A stretch of 64,000 bases of DNA from an uncultured Pseudomonadales bacterium (GCA_964620965.1 CAZUHV010000001.1:329718-393717); one strand, 5' to 3'; shown: positions 1 to 11,529, counted from the stretch's first letter. The notes: generated by a model not told the origin, from the letters alone. Made by a program: numbers and translations.

Positions 1-269
1 GCTTTTACTTCGTCCTCTGTAACATTTTGATGAAATCGAATTCCACCTTTGTATGGACCAACCGCGTTATTATGCTGAGATCGAAATGCCTGAAAAGTCT
101 TAACTTTTCCGTTATCCATTTTGATTCTCAGTTGACCTTTAATCACCCTGTCTGGAGTTTTAAGTTGCTCTATTGCAGCATCAAATGCTTCTGTATCCTT
201 ATACGACTTTCTTAAAACTGTTGCGACAGTTTCAAGTTGCTTAATTGCATTTTTATGAGGATTACTCAT
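1..269 (-). CDS. gdh: Glutamate dehydrogenase (Glu/Leu/Phe/Val dehydrogenase family), N-terminal part; gene runs off window start
   Basis: Reverse-strand translation from ATG at 267-269 gives MSNPHKNAIKQLE...GPYKGGIRFHQNVTEDEVKA. GPYKGGIRFH is the classic GDH active-site Gly-rich motif. Confidence 0.8.
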   Translation of the reverse strand, partial: MSNPHKNAIKQLETVATVLRKSYKDTEAFDAAIEQLKTPDRVIKGQLRIKMDNGKVKTFQAFRSQHNNAVGPYKGGIRFHQNVTEDEVK

Positions 270-395
270 ATGTTTCTCCTTATTCTCCGTATGACTTACA
301 AAATATCATACTTTTTCATACTTTTTCAAGTACCATAAATTAAACCAGTCACTTTGTGGCCACTTACCATTCTTTTTTACTCTTTTTGAGTTTCT

Positions 396-1463
396 TTATT
401 CTTGCGTTTCTAGCCACCGTTCTGCATCTAAAGCAGCGCTACAGCCTTGTCCAGCAGCTGTTATTGCCTGTTTATATCTAACATCTACACCATCACCTGC
501 AGCAAACACACCTTCTACAGAAGTCATAGTTGGAAATGTCACTAATCCATCTTCATTAATAGCAGAAACTGCTAAATCAGTACCATTTTTTGTTGCACTT
601 TGTCTAGTCACAACGTATCCTTTTGAATCCAACTGAACTTGGTTAGTAAAGATCAAATTCATTGGTCTATGGCCAATTGCCATAAAAACACCTTGAGCAT
701 CATATTCTGCAGGTGACCCATTTTCTGTGACACGAATTTTCTCTACAGATTTTGTACCCATAATTTCTTCAAGGGTTGTGTTCCAATGAACTGTAATTTT
801 TGGATTATTAAGCACACGCTCCTGCATTATTTTACTTGCTTTAAAGCTGTCTCTTCTATGCAAGATGTGTACTTCACTTGCAAATTTTGTCAATGCAGTC
901 GCGTCCTCCATTGCAGAATCTCCTCCGCCAACAACAAACACTTTTTTCTCTTTAAAAAATGCTGCATCACAAACTGCACACGCACTCACACCTCTAGACC
1001 AAAATTCTTGTTCACCTTTAACACCAAGAGTAATTGGAGCTGCACCGGTAGCAATAATCACAGACTCTGCAACAACTGCAGGTTCGACACTTTCTTTTAC
1101 TTTTTGTGAAAAGGCTTCAATCTCTTCTGGTTTTAACTTAGTAAATTGTTGAGGATCAAACCCTTCTGGAAAATTTGTCCAAATTTTGAATGGTCGAGCA
1201 CTAAAGTCAACTGCAGTAACGTATTCATCTCTTATTACTGTTCCAAACTTTTCTGCTTGGGTTCTCATGCCAATCATCAAATCTGGCCCCATGATTCCCT
1301 CCGGAAATCCTGCAAAATTTTCAACATCGGTAGTGTTCATGAGCTGACCACCACTTGCAAATCCTGCAAATAAAACCGGAGCCAACTGAGCACGAGAATT
1401 ATAAATAGCTGCAGAATACCCTGCTGGACCAGACCCAATAATCACTACCTTTGTATTTTCCAT
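396..1463 (-). CDS. trxB: Thioredoxin-disulfide reductase (FAD/NAD(P)-binding, CAVC redox centre), about 355 aa, somewhat longer than typical TrxB
   Basis: N-terminal GSGPAGYSAA FAD motif, CAVCDAAFF redox-active disulfide, GGGDSAMEDA NADPH motif, C-terminal GVFAAGD. Confidence 0.9.
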   Translation of the reverse strand: MENTKVVIIGSGPAGYSAAIYNSRAQLAPVLFAGFASGGQLMNTTDVENFAGFPEGIMGPDLMIGMRTQAEKFGTVIRDEYVTAVDFSARPFKIWTNFPEGFDPQQFTKLKPEEIEAFSQKVKESVEPAVVAESVIIATGAAPITLGVKGEQEFWSRGVSACAVCDAAFFKEKKVFVVGGGDSAMEDATALTKFASEVHILHRRDSFKASKIMQERVLNNPKITVHWNTTLEEIMGTKSVEKIRVTENGSPAEYDAQGVFMAIGHRPMNLIFTNQVQLDSKGYVVTRQSATKNGTDLAVSAINEDGLVTFPTMTSVEGVFAAGDGVDVRYKQAITAAGQGCSAALDAERWLETQE

Positions 1464-1534
1464 ATACTTCCTTTTGTTTCAACTGCACCCACATTTCATG
1501 GTTGCACAATCACACAAATTTACTTAATCAAAAC

Positions 1535-1894
1535 TTATGCAACCTCATTCATTGCATCTTCAAGCATTTGGACATAGCCTTGCTTTCCAGCAAATCCAAT
1601 TTTTCGGTCAACTTCTTCGCCATTCACAAAAACAATAACTGTTGGAATAGACATAACACCGTGTTGTGCTGCCAATTCATTTTCTGCATCGACATCAACT
1701 TTTGCAATAACTGCTGTATCAGCATATTCACCAGCGAGCTCTTCAATTACTGGAGCAGCCATCTTACATGGGCCACACCACTCTGCAAAGAAGTCAACTA
1801 AAACTGGTTTACCAGCTGCCGCCTTAATTGTTTCTGCAAAACTATCTGTTGTAAGGTGTAAAGCACCTTTTGTTGCTTTTTTGTCGTCTGACAT
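1535..1894 (-). CDS. trxA: Thioredoxin
   Basis: WCGPCK active-site motif, 119 aa, directly upstream of trxB on the same strand. Confidence 0.9.
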   Translation of the reverse strand: MSDDKKATKGALHLTTDSFAETIKAAAGKPVLVDFFAEWCGPCKMAAPVIEELAGEYADTAVIAKVDVDAENELAAQHGVMSIPTVIVFVNGEEVDRKIGFAGKQGYVQMLEDAMNEVA

Positions 1895-1976
1895 ACTTTC
1901 TCCTTTTTGTATTACAAATTACTTTTTACAGTACTACTACTTTTTTACTAGCTTTCCGTGTAGTACACAATATGAA

Positions 1977-2255
1977 CTAATACCTAAAAATTTCCTTCAA
2001 AATTTCATTTAATTCATCTGGTTTTCTTTCTTTAGTACAGCGGGTTGCTTCATTAGAAAGGAGTGATTTTGCTACACTTCCCAACGAGCTTCTGGCTGCA
2101 ATCACTTGGCGAACGATATCGACACACATACGTTCGTCTTCGTACATTTTGATAATGCCATCGATCTGGCCTCTGATTCTTTTGAGTTGAGCTAAAACTT
2201 TGTCATTTTGCATAATACGAGCATACCCCTGAGGGGTATATTTGTAAAGAGGCAA
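1977..2255 (-). CDS. CsoR/RcnR/FrmR-family metal-sensing transcriptional repressor (DUF156)
   Basis: 92 aa all-helical protein with the conserved Cys (RMCVDIV) and C-terminal Cys characteristic of the CsoR-like family. Sits between dnaG and trxA. Confidence 0.6.
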   Translation of the reverse strand: MPLYKYTPQGYARIMQNDKVLAQLKRIRGQIDGIIKMYEDERMCVDIVRQVIAARSSLGSVAKSLLSNEATRCTKERKPDELNEILKEIFRY

Positions 2256-2256
2256 T

Positions 2257-4071
2257 TTACTTTAATTTTTCTTTTACATTGAGCTCTGCGAGGGTTTTTA
2301 AAAGTTGGTTGTGTTCAGCTTCCTCTTGAGGAGTGAGCTCATCTTTTTCGTCTAGAATAGATATTTTTTTGATAATTTCTTTTTTCTTATCTGTAAGTGC
2401 AATTGTCTTTAGTTTTTTGATGCTCCCATTCCACTCTGCCTGCACATCAAGATTTTGTAAATCCTTCACAAAGTCCTGATTTGAGTGAATATCAAAGAGT
2501 GTTTCCTGTAGTTCTGCTGGAAGAGTACTCGCAAACTTCTTTAAAACAAAAACGCCATCAAAATTGTCCAGTTCCGTAATGATTTTTTGTAACACTGGGT
2601 TAGAAAACTCAACCGATTTTTTATGCAAATCCCGCACATACTCAAAAATCTTGGTAGTTTCTGACTGGAACAATAAGAAAATAATATAGCGTTCTAATCG
2701 ATCTCTTACAGATAGTTTTGGTTCTAGAGCTTCTTTTTTTGATTGCTTCACAACTTCACCCCCAAAACTTTTTCCTCTTTGGAAATTTTGAATATCAGCC
2801 TTAACACTTTCTAAATTGACTCCCAATTTTTGTGCAACTTCTCTGCTGTAGTGTTCTCTTTCCACTGCATGGTCAATCTCTGATAGCACAGGTAATAGTT
2901 CTCTCATGATCGCCTGCTTACCCTCTGGTGTAGACGCATCATTATTTTTAAATGCAACTAAGATTAAAAATTCGTGTGCTGTAACTGATTCTTTTACTGC
3001 TTTTCGCCAAAGCTTAGAGTCTGTTTTGATAAGTTCATCAGGATCTTTTCCGTCTGGAATTACAATCACACGAAGCTGAAGCTCTGTTTTTTTAAGAGCC
3101 TCAATTGCTTTTTTTGTTGCAGCAACGCCAGCACTATCAGTATCTAAAGAAAGCAATACTTTTTCTACTGTTCGTGCCAATAACTTTGCATGATCTTCTG
3201 TTAATGCCGATCCTTTAATTGCAACAATAGAGTTCATGTGAGCTTGAGTTGAAGACACAACATCAAACTCACCTTCAACAACAACTACAAATCCAGCTTT
3301 GCGAATTTCTTGATACAACTCGGAAAAACCAAACAACATTTTACTTTTGTGATATAACACTGTTTCTGGAGAGTTAATGTATTTTGCGTCTTTTTCATCT
3401 CCCTGAATTTTTCTTCCAGAAAAACCAACAACTCTCCCTCTATGATCTTTTAATGGAAAAATAATTCTGCCTCTAAATCGGTCGTAATATTTATTATTTC
3501 TACCTTTAATAATCAAACCAGCCTGTTCAAGTATGCTTAAACTATATTTTTTCTTTTTATGCAAAAAGGTAAGTAAACCTTCCCACTGATCCAAAGCATA
3601 GCCCATTTGGAATAAAGTAACCGATTCTTTAGTTACTTTTCTTTCTTTGAGATACTCACGGGCAACTTCTCCAGACTTGTGGTCTGTTAATAAATAGTGA
3701 TAATACGAACGAGCCAGACTTAAAACTTCTAAAATTTCTTCTCTGAGTGTGTCATCTTTTGATTTTGTATATTTTTTTAAAGTAATTCCTGCTTTTTGTG
3801 CAAGCTCTTCTAGTGCTTCTGAAAAGCTCATACCCTCATACTTTTCTAAAAATGTGAGAACATCACCAGATTCTCCACAACCAAAACACTTATAACGTTG
3901 TAAAGCATCGTCAACAAAAAATGAAGGACTCTTCTCTGAATGAAATGGACAATTAGCTTTAAAATACCTGCCTGCCTTTTGTAAACCAATCCGAGCACCT
4001 ATGACTTCAACAATATCTGTAGCCTCTTTGACCTCTTGAACCTGTGACATATTTACCCCAATTTTAACCAA
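2257..4071 (-). CDS. dnaG: DNA primase
   Basis: CHC2 zinc finger (CPFHSEKSPSF...CFGCGESGD), Toprim domain (VVVEGEFDVVS...DTDSAG), 604 aa. Confidence 0.9.
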   Translation of the reverse strand: MVKIGVNMSQVQEVKEATDIVEVIGARIGLQKAGRYFKANCPFHSEKSPSFFVDDALQRYKCFGCGESGDVLTFLEKYEGMSFSEALEELAQKAGITLKKYTKSKDDTLREEILEVLSLARSYYHYLLTDHKSGEVAREYLKERKVTKESVTLFQMGYALDQWEGLLTFLHKKKKYSLSILEQAGLIIKGRNNKYYDRFRGRIIFPLKDHRGRVVGFSGRKIQGDEKDAKYINSPETVLYHKSKMLFGFSELYQEIRKAGFVVVVEGEFDVVSSTQAHMNSIVAIKGSALTEDHAKLLARTVEKVLLSLDTDSAGVAATKKAIEALKKTELQLRVIVIPDGKDPDELIKTDSKLWRKAVKESVTAHEFLILVAFKNNDASTPEGKQAIMRELLPVLSEIDHAVEREHYSREVAQKLGVNLESVKADIQNFQRGKSFGGEVVKQSKKEALEPKLSVRDRLERYIIFLLFQSETTKIFEYVRDLHKKSVEFSNPVLQKIITELDNFDGVFVLKKFASTLPAELQETLFDIHSNQDFVKDLQNLDVQAEWNGSIKKLKTIALTDKKKEIIKKISILDEKDELTPQEEAEHNQLLKTLAELNVKEKLK

Positions 4072-4146
4072 AACTTACCGAATTTAGTAGTGCGAGTTTG
4101 CCTGAGGTCATTGTATAGTATAAAAGTGAGAATAATTGCACAAAAA

Positions 4147-5778
4147 ATGAAACAGTTTTGGCCCCTGATTGTTCTAGTGCTCTATTTTTCATTGTTTTAT
4201 TTTACTTACATTAACTTACACAATTCTGACATTGGCAGGCATATCACAAATGGTAGGCAGATTTTTTCTGGTTCACAACAAGAATTTTTTTCACTACTTC
4301 ATACTAATTTTTATTCGTTCAGCGAAACTAATCGATCTAATATAAATCATCACTGGTTTTTCGGGATAATTGCATATGTAATTGAGCAAACTGGAGGATT
4401 CTCTGGATTAACAGTATTTAATGTTTTTGCAAATACAGCTGCATTTAGCTTGATACTTGTAACGGCTTTGCAAGCTGTCCATAAAAAAAACCACTCAGTA
4501 TCGAAAATAGGTTTATATCTTGTTACTGTAATTGGTTTTCTTGTACATCCACTCATTACACAAAGATTAGAAGTGCGCCCAGAATCTGTGAGTTTATTAC
4601 TCTTTGCTTTTTATAACTATGTTTTAAATACAAAATTAGTGTACAAACAAAAGTGGCTTTTGCTGCTGCTGTTTGCTCTACAAATAGTTTGGGTAAACTC
4701 CCACCTCTTTTTTATACTTGGGCCATTACTTGTTGGATACTACTTGTTTCAAGAAATACTACAACTTGTTTTTGAAAAACAAAAAATACTAGAAATAACA
4801 AAAAACAAAACTGTGCGTTTGTTAGGAACTCTATTTTTTGGATTAGTAGTTGCGAGCTTAATAAACCCATTTTTTATGGAAGGACTGCTTACACCTCTCA
4901 CTATTTTTAATAATTATGCGTATAGAGTTGCAGAAAATCAATCAACATTTTTTATGATCAGTTATGGTAGTAAAGTATTTTACTATTCGTATGTTGTTGG
5001 ACTAAGTACAATAAGTTTAGTTCTATTTTTTTATTCTTTATTTAAAAATAAAAAAATTGTTGGGCAGAAAATCTATGGAAAAAAAGTTGCACAACTAATT
5101 TTACTTTTTATCTTTATATTTTTAGCAAATAAAGTTAATAGAATGACTCCATTTTTAGCAGTCATTATAGTTCCGCTTCTAGTTGAAACTATTTATAATG
5201 CTGTACAAGACTTTATAGAAAAGCATAAAACAAAATTAAATAATACTGTTACAACTTTATTGCTTTCAACTGTTTCATGTATTTTATTATTTTTAGTTTT
5301 ATTTTCTGGAATTTTTACACCACATATTCCAAATATCGGAGCAGGTCTAATACCAAATACATTTGCATCAGCAGAGTTTTTTAAACAAAATTCTATAAAG
5401 GGCCCAATTTTTAATAACTATGATATTGGAGGGTATCTTGCCTACACACTTTTTCCACAAGAAAAATTATTTATTGATAACCGCCCAGAAGCATACTCTG
5501 AAAACTTTTTGCAAAATGAGTTTCTTGCCGCGCTAAATAATGAATCAAAATGGGAAGAGCTTGAAAATAAATATCAGTTTAACGCAATTTATTTTTATAG
5601 ATTAGATCAAATCGATGGAGCTCAAAACTTTTTATATGAAAGAGTAAGAGATGAAAGTTGGGTTCCAGTATATGTAGATCAATTCGTACTGCTTTTTGTT
5701 AAAAATTCTCAAAACAACCAATCTGTAATAAAAACGTATGAGTTGCCAAAAGAAATGTTTGGCATGACTTCCTTGTAG
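4147..5778 (+). CDS. Polytopic integral membrane protein, possible GT-C-fold glycosyltransferase-like; function unknown
   Basis: More than 10 predicted hydrophobic helices with a soluble C-terminal domain. Start placed at MKQFWPLIVLV (the ORF track's upstream extension is less likely). No catalytic motif recognised. Confidence 0.45.
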   Translation: MKQFWPLIVLVLYFSLFYFTYINLHNSDIGRHITNGRQIFSGSQQEFFSLLHTNFYSFSETNRSNINHHWFFGIIAYVIEQTGGFSGLTVFNVFANTAAFSLILVTALQAVHKKNHSVSKIGLYLVTVIGFLVHPLITQRLEVRPESVSLLLFAFYNYVLNTKLVYKQKWLLLLLFALQIVWVNSHLFFILGPLLVGYYLFQEILQLVFEKQKILEITKNKTVRLLGTLFFGLVVASLINPFFMEGLLTPLTIFNNYAYRVAENQSTFFMISYGSKVFYYSYVVGLSTISLVLFFYSLFKNKKIVGQKIYGKKVAQLILLFIFIFLANKVNRMTPFLAVIIVPLLVETIYNAVQDFIEKHKTKLNNTVTTLLLSTVSCILLFLVLFSGIFTPHIPNIGAGLIPNTFASAEFFKQNSIKGPIFNNYDIGGYLAYTLFPQEKLFIDNRPEAYSENFLQNEFLAALNNESKWEELENKYQFNAIYFYRLDQIDGAQNFLYERVRDESWVPVYVDQFVLLFVKNSQNNQSVIKTYELPKEMFGMTSL

Positions 5779-6211
5779 TCTTTTTAAATAAAGCTATATT
5801 ACAGTTTTTGTAAGAATGTTCAGCTATGCTGAGCATGTATGACATGTATACAAAGTTCCGAAATCTATAACTATACTCAAAATAATTTGAAAAAATTAAG
5901 CCTAACAGAAAAAAATTGCAATTTGCTTTTTTTTCTTGATAATAATTATTCCATAATTTCAACTCATACTTATTTTGAGAATCTAGAAAAACCTTTGACA
6001 ATAACTGATGTATTTATTCCAGGTTTTTATGTACACGCAACATATGTTATTTTGGCAAAATATTTTCCCAATAGAAAAAATCTGCTACCCAAAAATGAAG
6101 AAACAGAGTTTTATTCAAAACTTAAAAAAACAGAAAAATCCTTTGGAATAGTTTTACAAGATTTTTTAATTATTTCAAAAAAGAGTTATTTTTCTTTTTA
6201 TAAAAATAAAA

Positions 6212-7894
6212 TTATTTCACACGTTTAAATAATTGATCCAAATACAAAATATCCAACTCAACTTCAACAGGCCTACCATGAGGACAAGTATATTTTTCAT
6301 CAGTTTGTAATAGTTTTTCTAGTAGTCGTTTTCTCTCTTTTGCTGTTAATTTTTCTCCAGCTTTAATTGCAGTTCTGCACGCTAAATATGCAATAGTTCT
6401 GTGTGTTCCAACATCAAGCTCCTTAGGTGCAGTAGCATTTATACAATCATGCAATAATTCTTGAATTAATCTTTGTATATTTCTTGTTTTAAAAACAACA
6501 GGGATTGTTGTAACAAAAAACGAATCTTTTTTTTGTATAATCTCAAAACCTAGATCTGTAAATGTTTTGAGTTGCGTTTTCAAAAATGCTAGTTCTGCTT
6601 TTGGAAAATCTAATTTAATTTGTTGATCTAGCTCTATTGTTTCAAAACGCTTTTGATTAAATTTTTCTAAAAATTCTTGATATAAAATCCGTTCATGTGC
6701 AGCATGTTGGTCTACGATTAAAATGCCTCGTTTTGTTTGAGCAACCAAATATAAATTATGGACCTGCAGAACTTCTGTGTCCTCAATAAGTTCTGCGTCT
6801 TTTATGTTCCAACCGTCACTCTGATTTCTCACGATTTTTGCTATTCCGGCATCCATTGTGTACTCGTCATAAAATCCATTACTTCCCCTTTGAGAATAAG
6901 TTAGGTTTGCTTGTTTAAGAATATTTTGTATTTCTGTTTCAAGAGTTTTAATAATCTCAGAAAGGTTTGTAAATTTAACTTGTGTTTTTTGTGGGTCAAT
7001 ATTTACATCAACTAAATCCGGAGAAAGTTCAAGATGCAACAAAAATGCTGGGTAGCTTTTTGGTTCTAGCAAAGTTGAAAAAACTTCTTTAATTTTTTGT
7101 GCAATTTCTTTACTGTAAACACTTCTGTTATTTACAAACAAAAACTGTCTATTTTTAGATTGAGTTCCAATTTGTGGCTTTCCAATAAATCCAGTAATTT
7201 TAAAATGATCTCCAAGAATTTTTATTGGCAATAAATTTTCACTAACTTCTTGTGATAAAAGTTCTGTTGCACGCTCTAATAACTCTTGGCTTGCTGGTAG
7301 TTCAATCACAACTTTTTTGTTATGAATCAAAGTGAATGCAACTTCACAATGTGCCAATGCCTGTTGCGTAATTATTTGTAGTATATGTGCAAACTCAGTT
7401 GTATTTGATTTTAGAAACTTTTTTCTAGCGGGAATTTTTGAAAATAATCCAGAAACAGTAACTCTTGTTCCAGTTGGCATCCCAACAGATCCTTTTCGAT
7501 GCATCATTCCATCAACAAGTTCAATATACTTGCCTGCCAACTCACTTTCAGGTTTAGACTCAATGCGAACTTGAGCAGAAGCTACAATGCTAGAAAGTGC
7601 TTCACCTCTAAAACCAAAGCTAGTAATGTGAAGCAAATCATCTGAATTGAAAATCTTGCTAGTCGTGTGATGCTGAAAACAAAGCTCAAGATCAGCTTCT
7701 GACATCCCCAAACCATTGTCAGTCACAATAATCTTTTTTTTACCTGCAGACTCCAGTTCCGCAATAATATGAGTAGCTTTTGCATCTAGGGCATTTTCCA
7801 CCAGCTCTTTGATGATACTAGCCGGCCGCTCAACAATTTGTCCTGCGGCAATTTTTGTTATAACTTCAATAGGTAATTGCTTAATTTTTGCCAT
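6212..7894 (-). CDS. mutL: DNA mismatch repair protein MutL
   Basis: N-terminal GHKL ATPase motifs (ELVENALDA, VTDNGLGM, GFRGEALSS), 560 aa. Its start overlaps the mutS stop (translationally coupled operon). Confidence 0.9.
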   Translation of the reverse strand: MAKIKQLPIEVITKIAAGQIVERPASIIKELVENALDAKATHIIAELESAGKKKIIVTDNGLGMSEADLELCFQHHTTSKIFNSDDLLHITSFGFRGEALSSIVASAQVRIESKPESELAGKYIELVDGMMHRKGSVGMPTGTRVTVSGLFSKIPARKKFLKSNTTEFAHILQIITQQALAHCEVAFTLIHNKKVVIELPASQELLERATELLSQEVSENLLPIKILGDHFKITGFIGKPQIGTQSKNRQFLFVNNRSVYSKEIAQKIKEVFSTLLEPKSYPAFLLHLELSPDLVDVNIDPQKTQVKFTNLSEIIKTLETEIQNILKQANLTYSQRGSNGFYDEYTMDAGIAKIVRNQSDGWNIKDAELIEDTEVLQVHNLYLVAQTKRGILIVDQHAAHERILYQEFLEKFNQKRFETIELDQQIKLDFPKAELAFLKTQLKTFTDLGFEIIQKKDSFFVTTIPVVFKTRNIQRLIQELLHDCINATAPKELDVGTHRTIAYLACRTAIKAGEKLTAKERKRLLEKLLQTDEKYTCPHGRPVEVELDILYLDQLFKRVK

Positions 7895-7895
7895 A

Positions 7896-10508
7896 CTACT
7901 TTTTTGTTTTTTGCACTTTTTCCAAAAATTGTAATGCTTGCATTGGGGTCATATTTTTCAAATCTAGTTGCGCAATTTCTGCTTCTAAATCTGTTTTTTG
8001 TAACTCTTTTTGCATTTTATAACTGTGATGTTTTTGAGAATTTTTTGCCTCTAATTTCTGTAATATTTCTACTGCATTTTGAGTTACAATTTTTGGAACT
8101 CCAGCTAGTTTTGCAACAGCAACACCAAAACTATGGTTTGCCCCACCTTCGATTACTTTATGCAAAAATACAGGCTCCCCATTATTATTTTCTATTGCAA
8201 CCTGATAGTTTTTGATTTTCTCTGGGTACAGTTCTGCTAGTTTTTGTAGTTCGTGATAGTGAGTTGCAAAAAGTGTCTTTGGTTGTAGTTCACTTGTAAC
8301 TAAATACTCGGCAACTGCCCAAGCAATGCTAATGCCGTCATACGTACTTGTTCCGCGACCAATTTCATCCATAATAATCAAACTTTTATTCGTAGTATGA
8401 TTCAAAATATGGGCAGTTTCTACCATCTCAACCATAAATGTCGAAAGACCACTCGCGATAATATCGCTCGCTCCACTCCTCACAAAAATTCTATCCACTA
8501 ATGAGATTTCTGCAGACTTTGCCGGAACAAAACAACCAATATGGGCAAGCAACACTATCAGTGCTGTTTGTCGCATATACACAGATTTTCCTGCCATGTT
8601 TGGACCAGTAATCAACAAAAGTTGGTGATCTGTATTATTAAGCAACGTGTCATTTGGAACAAACTGTGAGTCTTCGAGAACTTTTTCTACAACTGGGTGT
8701 CTGCCATCAATAATTTTTATCTCTCCAGAATTTTGCAGTTTTGGTTTTACATAGTTTTCTTTTTGTGCCAAAACTGCAAATGTAGCCAATACATCAACAA
8801 CTGCCAATACATACGCTACATCTTGCAAAATATTTGTGTGCTCTATAATCCCATCTACCGTTTCAAGAAAAAGCTCATACTCAATAACTCCGATTTCTTC
8901 TTCTGCGTTTAAAATCAAATCTTCATATTCTTTAAGCTCATCAGTAATAAACCGTTCTGCATTAACTAAGGTTTGTTTTCTATAATAATCGCTTGGCACA
9001 CTCTCAAGATTTGCTTTACTAATCTCTATATAGTATCCAAAAACTTTATTGTACTTAACTTTTAACGAGTTAATTCCTGTTCGCTCACGTTCTTTTTGCT
9101 CGAATGACTTTATCCAAGTTTTTCCTCCACCAGAAATTTCTCTTAGTTGATCTAGTTTTTTGTGTAGCCCTTGTTTTATTATTCCACCACTTCGAATATC
9201 AATTTTTGGAGTATCCAAGATTCTTGTTTCAATCCACCCAATAACTTTCAAAATATCGTCTGAAATTTTTTCTAATAATTCTTTTGCTAAGTCATTTTTT
9301 AGTTCAAAGAGTTTTGCTTTAATTTCTATACTTTTTTGCAAAGAAATTTTTAAATTAATAACATCACCAGGATTAGCAATTCCAACCGCTAACTTAGCAA
9401 CTATTCTTTCAATATCATATATTGAACTAATAATTGCTAAAACTTCTGAGCGAACGTTTCTGTTGTATAAAAACTCTTCTACAAAATCCAAGCGTTTTTC
9501 AATTTCCTTTTTCTTTTTAAGTGGATGCGTTACCCATCTCTTTAGTAATCTTCCACCAGCTGCACTTACAGTTTTATCAATCACATTTAGTAGTGACCCA
9601 CTTTTTTCACCTTCTCTGATTGTTTCAAATAGTTCTAAGTTAACAATTGTTGACCTATCTAAAACCACAAATTCGTGAGGCTTATATGACTCAATTTTTT
9701 TAATATGAGAAACTGTTTGTTGCTGCGTATGGGTTAAATATCCAAGTAGTGTTGCACTTGCAACCGTTGCTAGTTTTTTTGATTCAATCCCAAACCCTCG
9801 CAAACTTTGAATGCCAAACTGCTGCTTTAAATACTGAGAAGCATCGCTTTCAAAAGCATCCCAGTTATCAAATGGAAAAATATTCATATTTGGAACTTTT
9901 TGTAACAGCCCCAAAAATTCAGTACTATTATAAAAATTCGTAGAAACAATACACTCACTTGGACGAAATCTCAGGAGCTCTGTCAGCAACAATTGGCTGA
10001 AATCTTGCCATGAGTTTGCCTCCAGTTGCGTTGTCACAAACATACCAGTAGAAAGATCTGCAAATGCCAACCCAACCACGAATTCTTTATTTAAGTTACC
10101 TGGAGAAATACTCACAATATGGTTATTTTCTTTTTGAACTAAAGAGTTCTCATTTAGAACAGTTCCTGGAGTTACTATTCTGACAACTGCACGCTCAACA
10201 ATTCCTTTTTTGTCTGGCTCCGTAATTTGCTCACAAATTGCAACTTTATACCCAGCTTGTACCAACTTTGCTAGATACTGCTCTGCAGCGTGGTATGGCA
10301 CTCCAGCCATTGGAACTTCTCCATCTTTTCCACGAGGGCGAGCTGTTAAAGTAATATTTAAAACCCGTGCACCAACCAAAGCATCATCTAAAAAAAGTTC
10401 ATAAAAATCACCAAGTCTAAAAAATAATAAACAATCAGGATACTGGCGTTTTACGTCCATGTATTGAATCATCATTGGCGTTGAGAAAACTCTATCCTGC
10501 ATATGCAA
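7896..10508 (-). CDS. mutS: DNA mismatch repair protein MutS
   Basis: N-terminal mismatch-binding TPMMIQY motif, Walker A GPNMAGKS, MutS domain V ([19 protein letters not shown]), 870 aa. Confidence 0.9.
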   Translation of the reverse strand: MHMQDRVFSTPMMIQYMDVKRQYPDCLLFFRLGDFYELFLDDALVGARVLNITLTARPRGKDGEVPMAGVPYHAAEQYLAKLVQAGYKVAICEQITEPDKKGIVERAVVRIVTPGTVLNENSLVQKENNHIVSISPGNLNKEFVVGLAFADLSTGMFVTTQLEANSWQDFSQLLLTELLRFRPSECIVSTNFYNSTEFLGLLQKVPNMNIFPFDNWDAFESDASQYLKQQFGIQSLRGFGIESKKLATVASATLLGYLTHTQQQTVSHIKKIESYKPHEFVVLDRSTIVNLELFETIREGEKSGSLLNVIDKTVSAAGGRLLKRWVTHPLKKKKEIEKRLDFVEEFLYNRNVRSEVLAIISSIYDIERIVAKLAVGIANPGDVINLKISLQKSIEIKAKLFELKNDLAKELLEKISDDILKVIGWIETRILDTPKIDIRSGGIIKQGLHKKLDQLREISGGGKTWIKSFEQKERERTGINSLKVKYNKVFGYYIEISKANLESVPSDYYRKQTLVNAERFITDELKEYEDLILNAEEEIGVIEYELFLETVDGIIEHTNILQDVAYVLAVVDVLATFAVLAQKENYVKPKLQNSGEIKIIDGRHPVVEKVLEDSQFVPNDTLLNNTDHQLLLITGPNMAGKSVYMRQTALIVLLAHIGCFVPAKSAEISLVDRIFVRSGASDIIASGLSTFMVEMVETAHILNHTTNKSLIIMDEIGRGTSTYDGISIAWAVAEYLVTSELQPKTLFATHYHELQKLAELYPEKIKNYQVAIENNNGEPVFLHKVIEGGANHSFGVAVAKLAGVPKIVTQNAVEILQKLEAKNSQKHHSYKMQKELQKTDLEAEIAQLDLKNMTPMQALQFLEKVQKTKK

Positions 10509-10552
10509 ACACTACTATAACAGTATCAGCATAGTTTTGAAAAACAAAATAT

Positions 10553-11200
10553 CTATTCAAAATCTTGAGAATTAATTTTTCTTAATTTAAACGAGATTCT
10601 CTTCTTTGCAAGTTCTTCTTCAAGGTAACTATTTTTTTGGTATGAGCTTAATAGATATATTGTTGTATCACCGTTCTCCCGCACTTGTCCTTGCTCCAAA
10701 ATTCCATAGTTTTGTAGTAAGTTCAAAACCCTGTTTAAATTTTTTGTTTTTACTATTAAAACGTATGGCTTTGCTTTTAACCCAGTAACAAACTGCAGTT
10801 TCGCAATTGGCTCAAGCAATAACACAATTAACAACATAGAAGCAGAGACCAAATACATCCCTGCTCCGATAGCAATGCCAATGGCTGCTGTCACCCAAAT
10901 CATTGCAGCAGTTGTCACTCCAAGAACTTTTCTATCACTTTTTAAAATCACACCTCCACCAACAAAACCGATACCTGTAACTATTTGTGCCATTAACCGT
11001 GCTGGATCAGCATTTGCAGAAGGATACAAATCTCGAAGATGAATAGAAATTGCGCTTATTAAAGTTGCTCCAACACAAAGCAACATTTGGGTTCTCATCC
11101 CTGCTGGTTTTCCACTTACAGTACGCGTATACCCAATTGCCCCTCCAATAATAAAGGCAATACAGAGTTTAAAAATAATATCTAGTTCTAAAATAGTCAT
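10553..11200 (-). CDS. MgtC/SapB-family membrane protein
   Basis: N-terminal MgtC-type transmembrane domain (CIAFIIGGAIGYTRT...GMRTQMLLCVGATL) plus a C-terminal ACT-like soluble domain. Confidence 0.7.
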   Translation of the reverse strand: MTILELDIIFKLCIAFIIGGAIGYTRTVSGKPAGMRTQMLLCVGATLISAISIHLRDLYPSANADPARLMAQIVTGIGFVGGGVILKSDRKVLGVTTAAMIWVTAAIGIAIGAGMYLVSASMLLIVLLLEPIAKLQFVTGLKAKPYVLIVKTKNLNRVLNLLQNYGILEQGQVRENGDTTIYLLSSYQKNSYLEEELAKKRISFKLRKINSQDFE

Positions 11201-11228
11201 AGTGATGCATACTATACTACTAATAGAA

Positions 11229-11453
11229 TTAATATGTCAAAACTTCAAAGACTTTATCTTTTGATTTTGATCCGGCCACTAAGTAAACTTGTGACTTTCG
11301 AAGGTTAAGGTGTTTAGCCAACAAAACTTGCACAGCGCGATTTGCTTTATCTCTTTCTGGGGGTTGTGTTGTCGATACCTTGAACACATTCTCAGAAAGT
11401 TGCACAACCTTGTCCTGCTTTGCTTGCGGTGTTACACTTACAGATACTTTCAT
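11229..11453 (-). CDS. DUF167/YggU-family small protein
   Basis: 74 aa; pattern V.V.P.AK...V.....L.V.V...P..G.AN..V..LLAK is typical of the YggU family. Confidence 0.5.
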   Translation of the reverse strand: MKVSVSVTPQAKQDKVVQLSENVFKVSTTQPPERDKANRAVQVLLAKHLNLRKSQVYLVAGSKSKDKVFEVLTY

Positions 11454-11529
11454 TATGCATATAGTACCATAAAATCACTGTATAACAAGAAAAATATAAA
11501 GTTGAAAATATAACGTTTGGGAGACCACT

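Noticed and set aside
786-1373. Plus-strand ORFs 786-1109, 865-1152 and 1146-1373 inside trxB
   Set aside because: Antisense to a well-supported gene, Cys/Ser-rich low-complexity translations, no start context; spurious.
5839-6228. 129-aa ORF in the AT-rich convergent intergenic region between the membrane protein gene and mutL
   Set aside because: Extremely AT-rich and low-complexity (N/K/F/I-rich). Overlaps the mutL 3' end on the opposite strand. No RBS. Likely non-coding terminator region.
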